A stretch of 64,000 bases of DNA from Lingula anatina (taxonomy: Eukaryota > Animalia > Brachiopoda): contig CM120641.1 of assembly GCA_051362555.1 (NCBI GenBank), positions 7,564,001 through 7,628,000 on the forward strand, given 5' to 3'. How positions within the stretch are numbered: position 1 is the first letter of the stretch; each line of letters starts with the position of its first letter. This document shows positions 61,753 through 64,000 of this stretch, in pieces. Position numbers and translations under genes: made by a program. The notes beneath the pieces were generated by a model. That model was given only the letters and a program-made list of their open reading frames with translations, made no database searches and was not told the origin of the DNA.

Positions 61753-64000
61753 AATAATAATAATAATAATAATTTATTAAGATTGCAACCCAGTGGGTTG
61801 AAGTTGTACATAGAATGTTAAAAAAAATTTATAATGATAATAAAATGAAAATTTGCATGAATAAAACTGAGTTAAAAGACTGCTAACTGAACTTTAAAAT
61901 AATTGTACTTAGACTGCTAACTGAACTTTAAAATTATTGTACTTAAAATAAAAGACAGCATAATACTATTGGAAATTTAAAAGTGCATATGGAATAAAAG
62001 AGCATCGGAATCTGTCGGTCTTAAATTTTGGCACTTTGTATCTATTGTTAGATCTTAAAAGACGATTGGAATGCTCAATTAAGACGTGATTCAATTTGTC
62101 AGAGGATTCAGTTATTTTGTAAAAGAAAGTTTTGCACAGATCTTCCCTTCGTTTTTCTAAAGTGCACATATTTGCCAGGTTCAGGGCTTCATCATAGTGT
62201 AGGTCAGGGAAAATGATTTTTAAAGCACGACTTTGGACAGTCTCTAAAAGTTTGCATTGCTCTATAGTTAGTCCTGGATGCCATACAAGACAGGCATATT
62301 CTAGAATTGAGCGCACAATACTTTGGTAAACTTGGATTAAGTCAGCAGGGCTGAGCTTAGCTCGCTTCAGTTGACGGAGGAAATAGAGTCTTGCACATGC
62401 CTTTTTATATATATGATCCACATGAGTACCCCATTTTAGGTCATTGCTAATATGGATGCCCAGAAGTTTGAACTGTGTAACCTCACAGATTGGTGTGTCA
62501 TTTATAACTATTGGTGGGAGGTCTGGTTTAGAACGTGTAAAATTTAGGGTCATGGTCTTGGTTTTTTTGGCATTCAGTTTCATATTGTTATTTTGTGTCC
62601 ACAGCACTATTTCGTTACTTGCACTTTGTAAGTGGCATGGACCATCAATATTACAAATGTCATACACTGTAGTATCGTCAACATATTTGTAGTCTGGACA
62701 TCTGGATTTTAAGTCATCAATCATGACGGCAAAAAGCAGTGGCCCAAGAAGGGTACCCTGGGGTACTCCACCATGTGGGTGTAGCCATTCAGAGAGTGAG
62801 CTTTTATATTTTACTCTCTGGGAGCGGTTGGATAGGAAGGACTGCACCCACCTGACAAGTAGTTCAGGTACACCCTTGTCATAAAGTTTTCTTAGTAAAA
62901 TGTTATGATCAATGAGATCAAATGCCTTTGAAAAGTCCAGGAAAAGAATTCTGGCATATTTTTTGTGATTTTGAGAGGGTTCAAGACCCTGCATCCAATT
63001 GTGAATGAGTTCAGTTACTGCATGTGTAGTGGAACTGCCCTTGACTACTCCAAACTGTGTTCTGTCAATATTAATGTATTCGCAAATCCACTTAACAATA
63101 AATGATTCAAACACTTTACTAAGAACAGGAGTGAGTGATATTGGATGCAAGTCATTCTCAATAGACATTGGTGGAGAGGATTTAGGAAGAGGGATGACAT
63201 CTGCTGATTTCCATACGTCAGGGACAAATCCCTCGCGCAATGAGCTGTTGAAAATGGCGCAAATCGGCTTCGCAAGGAACCCTGCAAAATCCCTCAGCAC
63301 CCAAGTTGGGAGCTGGTCTGGGCTGATGGCCTTGCTAGTGTTGAGATTTAGTAGGCATTTCTCTACATCGTCTGGGTCTATTGAAAGATGTGCAATGGAT
63401 TCAGGTTTGTATTCTGAAGACGGTGGGACTAATGGAATGAGATTTTGGCTCACTGAGATAAAGAAATTGTTAATTCTACTTGTAAGGATGTTGATGTCAC
63501 CACCACAGGTTTTATCTGCTAGGGATTGTAGAGAACTCGGCCGATTGTATATACCAGAGAGTTCCTTTGTGTGATTCCACCATTTCTTTGAACAACAATC
63601 TTTCAAGGCCTCTACCTTTTTCTGATAGTATCTGGCTTTCAGAGAACGGTTCATCCGGTTAACCTTATTCCTTAGAGAGTGGGCTGTTTGCGTGTCACCA
63701 AGCTTAAAAGCCTTTTGCCTTGTTTTGATGAGTTCCTTGAACTCAACTGACACCCAAGGCTTATCTGAACTGTATTTTGTGATGGTTTTCATGGGAAGGT
63801 AGATGTCAAGTGCATCCTGGACAGTTTCCGTGAAGTGTTTGAATTGTTCGGCACAATTATTCATCCGGTAAAGAGGTGTCCAATCATGTTGCATCAGTTC
63901 ACTAGCAAAAAGGGCTTTTTCGTTTTTGCCAGCCTGTCGCTGTTTGATTGAAATAGGTTGCTCCATTTGAATTTTGTCATGGTTCACTGGAAAAGTTACT
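61753..64000 (-). mobile_element. Non-LTR retrotransposon (CR1/L2-group; Crack- or Rex1-like), 3' part, with AATAAA plus (TTA)n tail
   Basis: On the minus strand the 3' end reads aataaattattattattatt; the 3' UTR has a 34-bp duplication (61877-61944); RT ORF upstream. Confidence 0.92.
61966..64000 (-). CDS. LINE ORF2 reverse transcriptase (frame open to the window edge)
   Basis: At least 673 aa without a stop: PISLTPVLSKVFE, LFLDFSKAFD, GVPQGTLLGPLLF, KYVDD, KLLGIHI, LYFLRQLKRA. Confidence 0.95.
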   Translation of the reverse strand, partial: VTFPVNHDKIQMEQPISIKQRQAGKNEKALFASELMQHDWTPLYRMNNCAEQFKHFTETVQDALDIYLPMKTITKYSSDKPWVSVEFKELIKTRQKAFKLGDTQTAHSLRNKVNRMNRSLKARYYQKKVEALKDCCSKKWWNHTKELSGIYNRPSSLQSLADKTCGGDINILTSRINNFFISVSQNLIPLVPPSSEYKPESIAHLSIDPDDVEKCLLNLNTSKAISPDQLPTWVLRDFAGFLAKPICAIFNSSLREGFVPDVWKSADVIPLPKSSPPMSIENDLHPISLTPVLSKVFESFIVKWICEYINIDRTQFGVVKGSSTTHAVTELIHNWMQGLEPSQNHKKYARILFLDFSKAFDLIDHNILLRKLYDKGVPELLVRWVQSFLSNRSQRVKYKSSLSEWLHPHGGVPQGTLLGPLLFAVMIDDLKSRCPDYKYVDDTTVYDICNIDGPCHLQSASNEIVLWTQNNNMKLNAKKTKTMTLNFTRSKPDLPPIVINDTPICEVTQFKLLGIHISNDLKWGTHVDHIYKKACARLYFLRQLKRAKLSPADLIQVYQSIVRSILEYACLVWHPGLTIEQCKLLETVQSRALKIIFPDLHYDEALNLANMCTLEKRREDLCKTFFYKITESSDKLNHVLIEHSNRLLRSNNRYKVPKFKTDRFRCSFIPYALLNFQ

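Noticed and set aside
63005-63574. 189-aa + strand ORF, and other ORFs antisense to exons such as 12292-12732 and 34178-34552
   Set aside because: Antisense shadows of the RT or of real exons.

Overview
AT-rich, intron-rich animal genomic DNA. It is probably a lophotrochozoan such as a mollusc, which I infer from the repeat types and the protein style. All host genes lie on the + strand. (1) The last two exons of an unidentified gene (1-1118). (2) A complete SEC11 signal-peptidase catalytic subunit gene (1968-9909, 182 aa) with a duplicated, frame-incompatible pair of 58-nt exons, i.e. mutually exclusive exons. (3) A very large aminopeptidase-N-like (M1) gene starting at 12269. One N-terminal membrane anchor is followed by at least four tandem M1 modules: three complete, and a fourth still running at the window end. 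By my manual exon reconstruction these splice in frame into one ORF of at least 3,421 aa. Each complete module ends at a GTAAGT donor that overlaps an in-frame TAA. Module 1 has mutually exclusive exons for the YGGGSFSF-equivalent substrate loop, and modules 2-4 carry a decayed copy of the GAMEN exon. Introns hold many transposon derivatives: TIR elements and MITEs, a Helentron-type non-autonomous element with a 162-bp satellite array, and a CR1/L2-group LINE nested in a DNA element. All gene models come from GT-AG, phase and homology reasoning only, with no transcript evidence.
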